Assembly (NCBI GenBank): GCA_046563655.1
Contig: CM102286.1
Coordinates: 11,408,001 to 11,472,000 of the forward strand
Source: Yuukianura sp. NJ FZ-2021
Lineage: Eukaryota
Direction of reading: 5' to 3'
Length of the DNA: 64,000 nt
Shown here: in pieces, positions 25,460-38,579 of the stretch
Layout of the letters: each line of letters opens with the position of its first letter
How positions within the stretch are numbered: the stretch's first letter is position 1
Program-made: the position numbers and the translations under genes
Notes under the pieces: model-generated
What the model saw: the letters and a program-made list of their open reading frames with translations, nothing else
The model's database searches: none
What the model was told of the DNA's origin: nothing

Positions 25460-28400
25460 TCATTCGTCAGACTCCGTGTCATTCATAGCAATTTTTCCAT
25501 TTCCAACTTCCGTGTGCGTCTGTTTAAAGTTTAAAAAAAAACAAAATTAAAAAAAAACTGTCGTATTTTTGTAGAAAATGAAATGTGTTTTTTGTTATTT
25601 GTGAGATTATGGCTAAAAAATTTACCCGGAAAAATCCCCTATGACTTCTACGGTAGTGAGACAGGCGTTCTCCAATGGCAATGAAAATGGCCAAAATAAT
25701 TCCAGTGCAGAGTAAAGTCAATGGTCCAATGAATGCGATAAATGTCAATTGCGGTTTTCCAGGAGCAACTGCGCATGTTGACCTTGGGAGCCACTTGTTC
25801 TCCAATTCCTTCAAGATGCCGTTTTCAGACAGAGTCAAAAGGGCATCGGAAATGCGATCACGCAGTAGTGAACCTAAGTATAAATTCACAGTACTACAAC
25901 AATTCAGGCGACTGCAACGTCGTTTGGATCATTTCAAAGTCACTTCACCTTTCTGAACTGCGACTGCGTAAGAACGGGTTTGAAGTCCGGACAAAATGCG
26001 AAGCGAGCAGTCCTCGGAAGCTGCTGTGTTCAAATGCATTTCTTCCGTTACAAAGGCAAAGGAACCATCGGATTCCCTAACTTCTCGGATTCCTTCAGCC
26101 AAGCTCTCCTGATAACTTTTGTCGCTGCTCGATTTTTGAATTTCCCATTGAATTTTTTGAAGGTCGCCGTCTTGGGCATTCTGCAGCAAGTAGTTCGTGG
26201 AACTGCTTTGAATTGTTCCAAACACCAAGTTCTTCCGATTGATTAGTGAGTCCAATGAGTCGCTTTTCGAAGTCACTTCTGGGTAGAACCAATGGGATAC
26301 AAGACTTGCGTATAGGATGAGTACGACCAAGGAAAAGAGCCACCATACGACTGCGATTGTTCTGGAAGACAAAGCCTGTGATTGCACATTGAAAAAGAAA
26401 AGGGTTTTTAGCAATTTGGCGTTTGAATCGAATAAATTGCACTGAAAAAAGATGCATAACCTTGATTCGAATTTCGGTGCCGCGGAGGACAAGCGAGCTG
26501 GCCAAAATCCACATGCTGTTGAATAGTGACAATCCTGCGCTGCTTCCTCCACGCTCGGCACTGGCTACTATCATTTCTTGTTTCTGAATTGGACTCAACC
26601 AAGCCACGAATCGAAGCGAAATGGAGGTGACGAAAAATCCAACCAAAATGCTCAACCACACCCAAGAACAAAATGGGCTCAATAAGGTTCCCATTTCCTC
26701 AATTTTCACGTTATTGTCCTGTTTTCAGAATGAACCAAATTGTTTGAAATTGAATTCAAAAAATTTGAAAATATAAATTGTGTTTCAATTTTAAATGGCA
26801 TGATTGGATTCCAAAATTAGTCAATGAGTTTTACCTTGTACAAAATTCCAATGGAAGTTTGCCGAAATGGAATCGAAAAATCCACGACGCTAGATCTAGC
26901 ACTAGTTATTGTTAAGTCTGCCAATGCCATATCAGCTTCCTGAAAATTCAACAAGGTTTGAGAATTAATCGGATTACTTCAGGCAGCAACTTCTCATTTA
27001 AATTGTTTCGTACTCCTCTAGTGATCTCTCCAACCATTCCATCCCAAAACCCAGTGACGCCGTCTGGTTTTCCATAGAATCCATCGCTGACGACCTTGAA
27101 CTTATACGTGAATCCCACCATTTTGGCGATGTGTTGAGCCAATTCGACGCAGTAACCTTGTTCCACTCCTGTGCCAGACTTGGAGTAGCACGAAGGACTC
27201 TCGATGGTGGTTATGACAAGACTCTTGTTTACTGCTGGGCGCTCATTGGTCAGTTGCCATTTATCTCCAATGAGTAGCCCTTCGTAGTCATAACTGAGGC
27301 CCTGTGACCAGTTCCCAACTGCAACGATTATGGGCCCCTCTGAACCAAATTCATAGTCCAGCTTCAGCACCTCCACAAACAACTTCATACGACTGCCACT
27401 GGAGATACTAATGGGACCAGTGAGGCCATCAAACGTCACCTAACGCATAAGGTCAAAGGTCAACTTTGCTCTCAATGTTTTTTAAAGGCTAACGTTACAA
27501 CTTTGGTAGTGAATAGAATTACCGATGAGAAGGCATCCACTAGTTCCTCTCCCATGTCCCATCTCCTTTCTTCGGAGCAGGAAATCGGAGAAGGTGGTAC
27601 AAACTCCGTTGCGGATGAGTCAAAGGCTTCAAGTCCTCGCGCCATCAATTCCACCGAATCCAGAGTCAGAGCCACTTTGAGCGTATCTCCCACGTCTATC
27701 TGACCCTTCAAACCAAATATATCTTAAGACATATTCAGCAATGCATTCAAGTGTGAAACTGGATCCTTACAGAAGGGACTGAGGCAAGGGAGTCCTGGAA
27801 TTCCTGGAGCTTCCGTTGATCCAGAAGATTGAATCCAAAGACGAGTGCTTGGGAGTAGGCCAGACGACTCCAGTTCCCGTGTTTCATGTCCTAGGACCAG
27901 AGGGTACTTAAACACAAGGCAGATGTGACTACTAAATCAAAACTACCCTCCGCCCCCTCCATTCATTCCGGAGACAAATGATGCATTGCCTTCCTTCTGT
28001 GGGCTTACCAACACGGTGAAGATGTAAGTGTAGTCTTTGCTCATCATGCCCGTGTCCAGGGCAGCTTGAGTCACACTCTCCAGTTGATCCGAACTCGTGT
28101 CGATCAGGATATTACGAGAGCCGCGCAGTCGTAGTTGGACCAATGTGGCTCTCAAGTCAACCGAAATGGAGTGGACACTTACAGGCCCCACGAATTGAAG
28201 GCTTTCTGCCACCAGTGAAGGGTCAATAATTCCTGGAAGTACAAAGTATGGAAATGACCTTTGACCTGTTATTTTGTATCCTACAACGTTACCATGTTGT
28301 GCATCATGAATGATGGCGACATCTTTCCACTGCAATTCTCGAACGAGGTCTTTCAACAGTCCAATCATTTGGTTTTGTGTGGGGTGAAGTGAGATTCTGA

Positions 28401-28795
28401 CTTTGGATTCTGCTTGTCCAATGGAAGCCAATGGTCGTGGAGCAGTTGAAATGTAGGGCACTCCAAGGTGTGAACTGATCGACTCCAGAGTGACATCCAA
28501 GTTCTTGTCACTTGGTCCAAACAAGGAGATGATTCCATAGTTAACTTCTAAACAAGCTGAAAGAAAATGCAGAAAGTTTGCCAAATTTCAATAAAGTCAG
28601 CGTGAAATGCCAAGTTGACCTTTGACCTCCTGTAGAGTTACCTCGTGTGTACAGGTGGAAATAGTCTTGAGCCTGGGCATATTGAATGTCAAACTCAATT
28701 GCAGTCCCATTGAGAAAATCCCTGGCAGGAAGAGATTCAATTCCAATTCGAAAGGCACGATGAACTTCCTGATCTTGTTCCAAAAAGACGCTTCC
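25460..28795 (-). CDS. Divergent ionotropic glutamate receptor (non-NMDA-like, with ATD); signal-peptide exon not located
   Basis: GYCVEL, DGFYGK...WDGMVGEI, ADMALADLTITSARSSVVDFSIPF, LLSPF...VW, LSENGILKELENKW. Confidence 0.88.
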
Positions 28796-31700
28796 TGCAA
28801 ATCAATCAACACATTGCAAGTAACATTTTACATTAAACATTGCATCCAACTGCGGAATGCCAAGAATGTTGGCGCATCTTCCCCATTTTCCAACTGCCTT
28901 CACAACATGTCGTTACGGGCCGTTTGAAGTGCGTGAAGTTGTGTATGAGTTGCGTGAACAGAGAGAGTGTAATGTGTGGAGTCTAATCTATTTTAAGCCT
29001 CCCCACAAGAATTGTTCCAAACCTTAAGTGGATTCGACTGATTTCCACAAGATGTTTGGACCAACACGACCTTAAGTGCCGTTCAGAAACCGAATCGTGT
29101 GCTGTCAAGTGTCTGGAAACGTGAGTGATTACACGCTTCTCACCGGAGGAGATGCATCTCCATTGTCTCCCGGGTGGAACTCCACATCATTATGGCTCCA
29201 ATGAATCACTTATCAGATCCATCGCTGCATTCCTCCGGTTAAAACATGAGTTACTTCGGATCCTGGCCCACAGCCAATCCAAATCCGATTTCCAGTTAGA
29301 CTCGAAAGTGTCATAACTCAACTAGGACAGTCAAAACAGAGGTTTCCAGTTTGAGGAATGGGATAAAATTTTTCAAGAGTGGGGTGTCAGTGGGAAATAA
29401 AAACATGAAACAACAACAAGATTGAAAAAAAAACTCCACTCATCTTCTAAGTTCAACTCAAATTTGCATCAAGTGGGCGTGGTTAGGTTTTCCTTCAAAT
29501 AGAAAATTAAAAACCCCTTAGCCTTATAGCACATAGGAAAAATGATTTGAAAATCTAACATTTTGAAAAATAATTTCCAGTTTTTGAAAAAGGTGAGTAA
29601 TTGAAAATTAGCATAGTATAATAACAGGGATTTATGAAATATTATGGTTAAGAGATGAATTAGAATTTCAGATTCTTTAAAAAATCTTCTGATGCTGATA
29701 AGCTGATGGGCAAAAAAAAACTTACTCCTGAGTGGTGAATTGGATAGAAAGCTTATGAATTTTTCGATACTAAAATAAAAGTTGAATGGCATTAGTGGTG
29801 ACAGGTTAAGTGGTTATATTGAGTTGCACTTTTGGATTGACTAATTTGTAGTGGCCTCCCGTCGACTAGATGTTTATGCAACAACGAAACAGTGGCACAA
29901 ACGTGTTGATTTTTTAAAATGACAAGTTGCTTTTAAGCAAGAAACTTTATAGTGACATGTCTTAAATCCTGACACAGAATAAATAAGCAATCTCTTCTTT
30001 ACTCCATTTGGCATCAATATCCAGGAAGTTCGAAACTTAACTTTTCTAGGAATTTCAAATGGCCGCAAATCCTTGTCCCAAAGAGTGTTGAGGTTAAACA
30101 TTTCAGAAGTACCTCAAAAGAAAACACTCAAATTGAAGATGATGTATGGAATTCAACTTGGTTGATGATTTTGTTTTGGGGCCCTTGAGATACAACAGAG
30201 CAGGGGATGACTTCATCTGTTAGGAAATTGACAGATTCAGTGGCACGCCACAGGGAACTCCAGTAAATTTCCTAAATGCATTGGAATATTCGCCATAACT
30301 TACAAATTGACATGTTCTTCATGCTCCTTACGAATTGCGATCCGCTACGTAATGTTTTATAATAATGCACCGCCCTGTCACGCATCAAAAGCCGAATATT
30401 CTGGATGCACAAATGCATTAAGAATTTATATTTTTCAGTACGTATTTTCGTCTCCACCGCCTCCACTTCCAAACAACTCAATTAATCAATACGAACTTTC
30501 AATAATTCAAACGTCACAACTTCATCTGCCCAACGACCACGTTGAAAACTCCCTCTAAATGCAACACGCCGAATACGACTCTTGGGCATGTTGGGGCAGA
30601 TGCATTTCCGAGGCAGTACAAAACTGCGTGTGATTTGAAACTTTTGACCTTGTGCGAAGTACACGCTATGAGTTAAGAGCGAGTATGATGAATGAAGGGC
30701 CCAGGCCCTTTATTAAAACCTCTCCCTCAAGTACGTCAAACTTCATCAGAATAAATCAAGGTGTGGCTCATTATTCACTGTCATCTGATATCTCAACCCT
30801 TGTGGATCGTCTATTGTGATGAGAACTTCAGATTGACCTTTGACCTATCTTCCAACTTAGTCACTGCCCGTCAATGGCGTCTAATTTTTATAAATGAGCC
30901 ACTGATCAAAAAATCAGGCCAATTTTTTCTACATGAGTTGAAAAAACATAATGAAGTACTTTACCAAATTTTATGTAAACATCGCTCAAGCATTTTTGAA
31001 ATGTTATTGAACTCACCTACGCGCAGTTGCGACGGCAAACTTGCGTGAGATTCGTGTACTGTTGTGGCGACGAGGACGGTAAAGAGCAGAGATGCTAAAG
31101 TGGAGTCCATTTTGCGGAGCTTGGGCGCGTCAATTCAAAATATCCAACTGAAATCCACAGAATGTGATTCTGCTGATTGTGATAGCATGTAAATGTTGTT
31201 TACATAAACAAAAGGACGGGAGTTGGCAGGCAGAACACTAAATAGTCAGATTCCTTCCGGTTTCCGCTTCCAACTTAGCAACTGAAAACACTGCTCACAA
31301 CAATCCTCTCCTCGCTCTGACGCTTACTGTTTCTGCAAAAGCTTCGTTTCCCCCTTTTGAAAGAAGTCTAAAAAAATCAGAGATTTGAGCTCACTCGGAT
31401 CTTGTTAAAAACTGGTCCATTTCTTTTGAAACTAAAAATACTGGCGGAAGTGTCGCATGTTGAGAAGCGATAAGGAAACGCTCAAGCCCTCTCTGCTCGT
31501 TTTGTTTTTAAACAAACTGGAATCCCAGTGGGGCTAAACTGAAGTAGCACGAAAGATGCGTGGGTGGTTGTTTGGATGGAAACAATAGTGCAGATGATGG
31601 AGATGCAGTCCGACGAAGATCTCGTTCCTCTCTGAACTCGTCTTCCGAGATTCAACTAAACTCCAAACATCTTCATCCATTTAGGATAGAGTAACCACCG

Positions 31701-32312
31701 AATTTGTAACCAGACATTTATGAACGGTCACCTATGGGCCAGGATTCATATAATGGCCGGTCACCTTATGGACATGAAATGCTTGACAGACCTAATGGAC
31801 ACTGACTAACCGATATCCTTAAGGGCGGTCATGAATACGCGATCAATATCGGATGGTCAACAATGTACGTAACCGGACAGTTGAGTATTATGAACGGCGA
31901 CCAATGCATATTTTTATTTTAACTTTAGGTTCTGTATGCAGTTCATAAGAGTATAATGTCCATGAAGAGTCCTCAAGAATTCGCTTAACCAAACCGTACG
32001 TTTTTTCACCTCTGGGCTCCACTCGTCCTAGCGTGGGCGCTAATTGAAGCACCCTTTCGCTTTACGTACATTTTGAATTCTGGATTCTGGGATTTTGGAG
32101 ATGAATAAAAAAAAAGTTAACAGACGGGAAAATTGTTGTTCCAGAAAAGGACTTGAAGGGTACCTAAAGTAATGCCTTTATATGGACTTGGCGTTTGTTG
32201 GGGAGACCTTAAGAATCAAATTTCACTTCGCTCTTTACTCTCGAACTTCCTCTCCCAAGTGTCACTGGAAATGGAAAATGACGACGGTAGGGATAAGGCT
32301 AAGGCTTTTATT

Positions 32313-33024
32313 AAGTATCGTCAGATACTTATAGGGATCGTATTGTCCGTCCGTCTGTCCGTCCGTCCGTCCGTCCGTCCGTCCGTCCGTCCGTCCGTCC
32401 GTCCGTCCGTCCGTCCGTCCGTCCGTTCGTCTGTCTGTCCGTCCGTCCGTCCGTAATGCTTATAACTCGATAAGCATTGCACTGATTTTTAAGCAGTTTT
32501 TTTTAATTAGTAACTACTGACCAGGTGACCAAAAATCAGTTTCTGGATTCACTTCAAGTGACCTCTATTGGTGTCAAAGGTCAAGGTTATTGTCCATTTA
32601 CATGACGGGAACGGATGGACAGACTCGAAAGGGGTTTGCGGAGATTCAATTTTGATGACCTTGAGTGATCTCTAAAATGGTCAAATGTCAAGGTCATCTT
32701 TTTCTTGTACAAATTGGGAAACGGATAGACGGATTTGGAAGCGGTTTACGGGGATTCGAATTTGATCACTTCGAGTGACCTCTAACAGGGTCAAGCGGTC
32801 AAGGCTCATGATCCTCCTTTTCTCTACAATTCGGAAAAGGATGGACCGATTTGGAAGTGGTTTCCAGGCATCGCTGTTAGACGACGCGAGGACTGATTCG
32901 GAATTTTGTTTGACCTCAAGTGACCTCTAACAATACCAGAAATCTAGGTCAACAATATCCCGCGCGGAAACTCCCTATAATTGATCTGACGATACTTATT
33001 TACATCGTCTTTGCAAGAAGTTTA
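32313..33024 (+). mobile_element. HINE/DINE-1-like (Helentron-associated) non-autonomous element, family A
   Basis: Sub-terminal inverted repeat AAGTATCGTCAGAT / ATCTGACGATACTT, a (GTCC)n microsatellite near the 5' end, a short 3' hairpin, and T-rich flanks. Confidence 0.75.
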
Positions 33025-33799
33025 TTGTATTTAAAATACATAATACCAAAATAACACAAACTTTTTCTAAAATTGTATCTGCTTTCCAAATTTGGACGGG
33101 AAGTGTAGGTTAGGAATGACGACTCATTACGGTTACCTAATTATTGTTATTCGCCGGTAGCAACTAACGATGCTTAAAAATAAGAAACCTGTTGTCGATT
33201 ATTGTTGAAGTACTACTCTCTATATGAAGTTTATGAAAAATGCTTATAAAGAATCCCTGCCATACGCAATCCTTTTGACCTGAAAGAAACCTGTGACTAA
33301 CTTCAGTGTGTAAACGGAACGGATTTTGTAGTGGGATCTGCTGTAGAATAGACAGGCAGTTGTACAAACCAAAACGTAGTCAACTCTTTTGTCTTCTCCG
33401 CTTACTTTCCCTACAACAAGGTTGAATAAAAGCTAACAACTTTTCTCCTTCCTCTAAAAGTATTACTTCCAAAATTACGACTACCGTTCACCCTACCAGC
33501 TTCAGAATCCTGACTTGGTCTTATTCGCGCGTCTTCACGAAGCATAAATACACAAACGAAACCGAACACTTTGACCTAAACCTGCTCGTCGTGGCATTAC
33601 ATAAACTTCTGTAAAGAACTGTTTATATTTAAAAAAAAACATCCTTTAGAAATAAAACTTTGAAAACACATATGTAGAACCTGTTACAGTACACCGATCG
33701 GTGTTGATGGTTTGTAATTCCGCTTGACCAATACTTTTTCAGTTTATTAAAAGTAATTTTCATTTCATGCTGATTAAATATAAATTGTATAAATTTGGA

Positions 33800-34054
33800 T
33801 GTTATTGGCTGGCGGAAAATTCACGCGTACTCTACCGTCTCGAAATGTTCACCTGTTCTCTAACTTTTCAACGTGACAAAATTTTGAAAAATTTACTTTT
33901 ACACTTACTTTTTGAGGAATTGGAATTTTGAAAAATTCGGCTGAAATTCAACCTTTGGGTGTTATTGGCTGGCGGAAAATTCACGCGTACTCTACCGTCT
34001 CGAAATGTTGGTCTCGTGAAAAATTCACCTGTTCTCTAACTTTTCAACGTGACA
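33800..34054. repeat. Local direct duplication of about 80 bp; second copy has a short insertion
   Basis: tgttattggctggcggaaaattcacgcgtactctaccgtctcgaaatgtt occurs at 33800 and 33960, each followed by cacctgttctctaacttttcaacgtgaca. Confidence 0.85.
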
Positions 34055-34309
34055 TTTTTCCCGTGGCTACCGCGTTTTGAAAAACATTTTTTCCGGATTA
34101 TAGCAATAAGTAGCCTATTAAAAGTCTATGAATTATTTGGGTTTTAGTGAACCCGAACTTTATTAAAAATTTGGTAGTGTCGTGTAACGATCATAAAGAA
34201 CATCGAAAAATTTGAGAGTAAAAGTTGATAGAAACTGAAAATTGTCGCTACTTTCCATGAATGCATAGATTTTGAATTTTGATGGACGATCTTACATTGC
34301 GTGTATTGG

Positions 34310-35744
34310 TTATGGCGTATACTTAAAGTTGAGAAGTAAGTTGATGACTGATCCTATGACGATTGAAATTACCTCTAGCAGGAAATGCTTATATTCGATT
34401 TTAATCAACTCTCCTACACGTAGGCATAGCGGCTTCTGACCCTTCCAGTACCTCAACACCTCCTTTTGCTTCATGTAGTCAAGGTTTCTTGCTGGATTGG
34501 TGATGTTGAGTACTAGGAAAGTTCGTGAACAGGTACTGATACTGACTGATGCTTTGAGGGTCAAGAACAGCGCCACTCCAAAAACTAGGTCGATGATTAC
34601 AGCGAGGCCGAAGAAAATCCCGGATAGATGCATCTTGAGAATCACAAATGTCATCAAAATTACTTGACCCAAGCAGCAGTAGTATTCGAACAACAGTAGA
34701 TAGTAGTAGTTTGTGTTCACGTCCTGGACGACTAGACGCAGACCGGTGTAGGATAGACACCAATCAAGGTTATCTTGCATCTTTACTTGCTGACTAAATA
34801 GAAGGTCGTAGAAGTTTTAGTTTAAAGCGTCATCGACATCTGACTTCAAGAACTAAACCTTTGTCACTAATTTTTGAGTTGACTAAAAGACCTTTGACCT
34901 AAGACCTTTGACCTGACCTTTTGACTTTGACCTTACCAGAGTTGACGAACCCATTTGTTGACTATGTTGACGAAGAAGATTGCTAGTTGGCAGAGAAATA
35001 GCATGTGACATGCCCCATGGGCGTTTGCACATAGCATTGCGACTGACATTCCAATACGAGCAAGTACCGTAACTACGCGTGCCACGTCATTGGTCATCTG
35101 CATCACATCGTTGGTTTCCTCTACAAAGAAGAAGTTTATCAGTGCAACTTCCACAGCTTCCTGCATGCTTGAAAAAGGATGCTCAATGTAGAATCCAATG
35201 AAAGGTACAGGAATCGCCAGAACGCAGAAGCAGACCATGACCAGTGTTTCCAGAAATAACAACGTTTCCAGACCATCAGGCTCATCTAGCGATCCATGAT
35301 GGTACTTCACACCTTACACAAAAAATGTTTCCAGTAAGTTGACACCATAATTTTAATTTGTAGTTTTGAAAGCTCACTAGATAGATGGTTGAAGTACAAA
35401 TAGCCGTCCATGCCCACGGCGTACCGAGGGAAATTCAAGACGAGGAAAATTTGAATGAGAAGTATTGTGAAAAAGAGAGTGGCAACAGAAAGCATCAAGA
35501 AACGCTCCGACAGATTAAGTGACACAAGGAGCGTTGCAGTGAGGATCAAGAAGGTGATGGCCACGACTTGGAAGGAAATTGCACAAAAGGAGATGAGTCT
35601 GGACATGCGGATTTTCTGTTTGGACGTAGATTGGACGCAGGAGCATCTTCCGTCAACAATTGCAAGATGAAATGGAAAAACACAGAAGAAGGATGGTATT
35701 TTGCAGGCGAAGATTACGTATTTGAATGATTCTCGGGAGATCAT
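34310..35744 (-). CDS. Second putative GR-like multi-TM chemoreceptor, 3 exons
   Basis: Three hydrophobic ORFs joined by short introns. C-terminus YWKGQKPLCLRVGELIKIEYKHFLLEVISIVIGSVINLLL. Layout parallels 23786-25053. Confidence 0.65.
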
Positions 35745-36454
35745 TCCGAGTAGTTGGACGTCGGTGGAGCAGAAGGGATCTGGTTAGAATGTTAATATAT
35801 CGATGAATGTTAAATACGATGCTTATTTCCTTCCCTCGAATTTTATTCTCGAGTTGGTTTAATGTTCTGAAACACTTAAAAAATTGAACACTGGCCCTGT
35901 GCCTCTCGTTACCGCTCGATATTTCTTTTCCAGGACTAAGGAGTCTTTATTTTTTAATTCCAGCATGCAATAAAAATATTCTGAGAAACATACATCGCTT
36001 TTTTTCTGTAAGAGGATACAGTTTTTAAGCACGCTTTTTTTTAATCAATTTTTTTTGCAGTTGAAAACTGAATTCCGTTGAATACTTCACTGCAATCATA
36101 CTAGTTTTAATACACATTGGCACACATATTCATGCCTTAAATAGATGTGTCTCTGACGCCGAATTTAACTATTTTCAAAGTATGCTGTCGAATAACATGT
36201 ATTGCAAATACACGATAAACATAAGCCAGAAAATTGAGCACCACCCACCACCACACTGGTTTCATTAGAAACAAGGTTACTGAAATATACACAATCCCCA
36301 GAGACGTTAGCACAGATTGAAGGACGATCCATGTTTTGAGGCGACAAATGTTTCTCTAAATAATAAATACAAAATTTATTTAATTTAAATCTAGTTGTCC
36401 CAATTAAAAAATTTCATTCCTAAGAAGATAGTTTCCGCATTTATTCGCATTACA

Positions 36455-36880
36455 TCAGTCAGTCCAGTTTTGAGGAAGAAGAGAGTCACACAATGGCAAA
36501 TGAACATCGAAGCTGTAAGAAATCCGTAAGATTTTTTTTAAATCCACTTCTAGGATTGTGTTGTGAAAGTGATACATGTGAAATTGCCTACCCCACATTG
36601 CGGAGACGACATTGATGGTCATGGCGTTGACCTCGCCGTTGTCCTTGTCTGGGTTGTGGTCATTTGTAAAAATTGACACGAACTTCTCTGGAGCTTTCAC
36701 CATTAGGATAATGCTGACAACGATGACTGCAATCAACAAGGGCAGGATTGCCTGCGCACAAGACATAACTGCAAATTTCATTTATATAATTTGATGTAAA
36801 TTTGAAAACATTACCAATTCCAGCACAAAAACAATCCTCACTCTTTCCACCAATCCCATTCTTCCGTTGGTGACCTTGAC
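36455..36880 (-). CDS. Possible small spliced membrane-protein gene; start and end unresolved
   Basis: Hydrophobic stretch AILPLLIAVIVVSIILMV, with candidate splice sites near 36769, 36815 and 36880. Confidence 0.3.
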
Positions 36881-37279
36881 CTACAAAACTGTATCTCTGA
36901 TTTATGTGAAATCGAGACCGTCGTAATAATTGGAATGGCTAGCATATTAACCTCAGGGGGACGAAGACATAGCACAAAATGCATTGCAATGACACTGAAT
37001 GAATGTGCTTAAGGGTAATCTATAACCACGTTGTTAATCAAACAGTGTTATCTTCTTCCTCACCATTATTGATTTATTTTGAATTTTAGTTTCTCAGATG
37101 TGAGGAATTCAGCAATTGAGCCAGTGCACACACAAATGGGCACGAGAAAGTACAAACCAAAAACTAAAAAAAAATTTGAACAATACGAAGCATCAAACAG
37201 CAGCAAACTTTATTCCAATTCGTCTAACATCAAGGTGAAGAAAATATTTAACTTGACGCATGCAGATCTTGCGCAAATT

Positions 37280-37880
37280 TTATTCGGCGTAAGCGGCAGT
37301 TGTGCTTTCCGGGACATGAGGAACTTCCTTGATGATCTCCTTCGTGATGACCACTGGCTTCTCAATTACCTTCTCTACGATTTGAGTGCCAGCGACTACG
37401 TTTAACACAAAAATTTAAGGTCAGTCACTCAACCATATCTTATGAATGACCAAGAATCATACGATTCGCAGCCTGATGTGATTAGATGCAAAGACTTACC
37501 GCACATTTTGCAAGACAAACGACAGTGAACCGACATGTAGCTTGGATTGGCAGAGCACTCTCCGCTCTTAGCCCATCCACCACACCGTTTGTCGTTGTCC
37601 CCGCATCGGCCTGCGTAAGTTTATTGAAGCAATATTTAAAAAAAACGCAATTAAATGTTTCTTTTTTGCAGTATATCTCACACTGGTGACAGGAACTCGG
37701 GCAGTTAGGGAGCATGTAGGCTGCGTTGTCGTGGCATCCGTTGTTGATTTTGCCATCTTTCTTCGTAATCATGGCGGCTGCCCATCCGGCACATCTACTG
37801 TCTTTATCCAGACACTCTCCGTTTACGCCAATTCCCCCCAGACACCCAAGCAGGGTGAAAACAAAGAACAAATTCGCCAT
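37280..37880 (-). CDS. Secreted protein with two ShK-toxin-like domains and a V/E/K/P-rich tail. Exons 37880-37682, 37610-37500, 37395-37280
   Basis: Signal peptide, then CLDKDSRCAGWA...C...YMLPNCPSSCHQC and CGDNDKRCGGWAKSGECSANPSYMSVHCRLSCKMC, then tail IVEKVIEKPVVITKEIIKEVP. Confidence 0.85.
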
Positions 37881-38579
37881 TTTGCAAACCATTTTTAAAA
37901 CAAATTTTTCTAAGCACAATAGCTGCTTTCACTACAAATTGAATACAGTATTTCAATCATTTAGAGGTATATTTATACTTTATTCAACCAAATCAAGCTT
38001 TAACTCGAACGATTATTCTGTGGTAACATTTTAATTAAATTAATTAATTTATCAATCAAGGAAGGCAAACGTTGGTTACAAGTGTGCTTCGAGGAACTGT
38101 TCACACATCATAAGAAGCAGACGCTTCTACCACAATTTGAATACACGTTGCATAACTGACGCCATCTAAGAATTCAAAAACCAATTTTCTAAGCTTTGAC
38201 CTCACTGAAAGTTAAATTTCTAAGGAACAAAATTTCTAAGGTTTTTCAGTGTCAAAATCATGATGCGGAATAATACAAATAAACATGGCGTCACTTTTAT
38301 AGTAGACAATTCGGAGAGTTCACGGATGGAGGTTTGTTCAAGTGTACAGGAAAAGGTTGTGCGCTGTAATACATTAGAGGTATTGCTCACTTTTCATGGA
38401 AAAACAATGAGTTAAGGAGTTTGAACATTTAACCTAAAGCTTTTGCAAAACCACGTTCATGGACTTTGAGAAAGGCAACCGCAAATTATACTTAACATCA
38501 ATTAAGATCCACTTATAACTTCCAGTTCTCATATTTCAGGAAGTACGGAAAGCAAACTGCATTTTTAAAAAGATTCAAT

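Noticed and set aside
29100..32100. Short ORFs and weak repeats upstream of the iGluR
   Set aside because: No recognisable motifs, splice-consistent frame or defined element ends.
32172..32456. ORF with SVRP repeats
   Set aside because: It is a translation of the (GTCC)n microsatellite in a HINE-like element.
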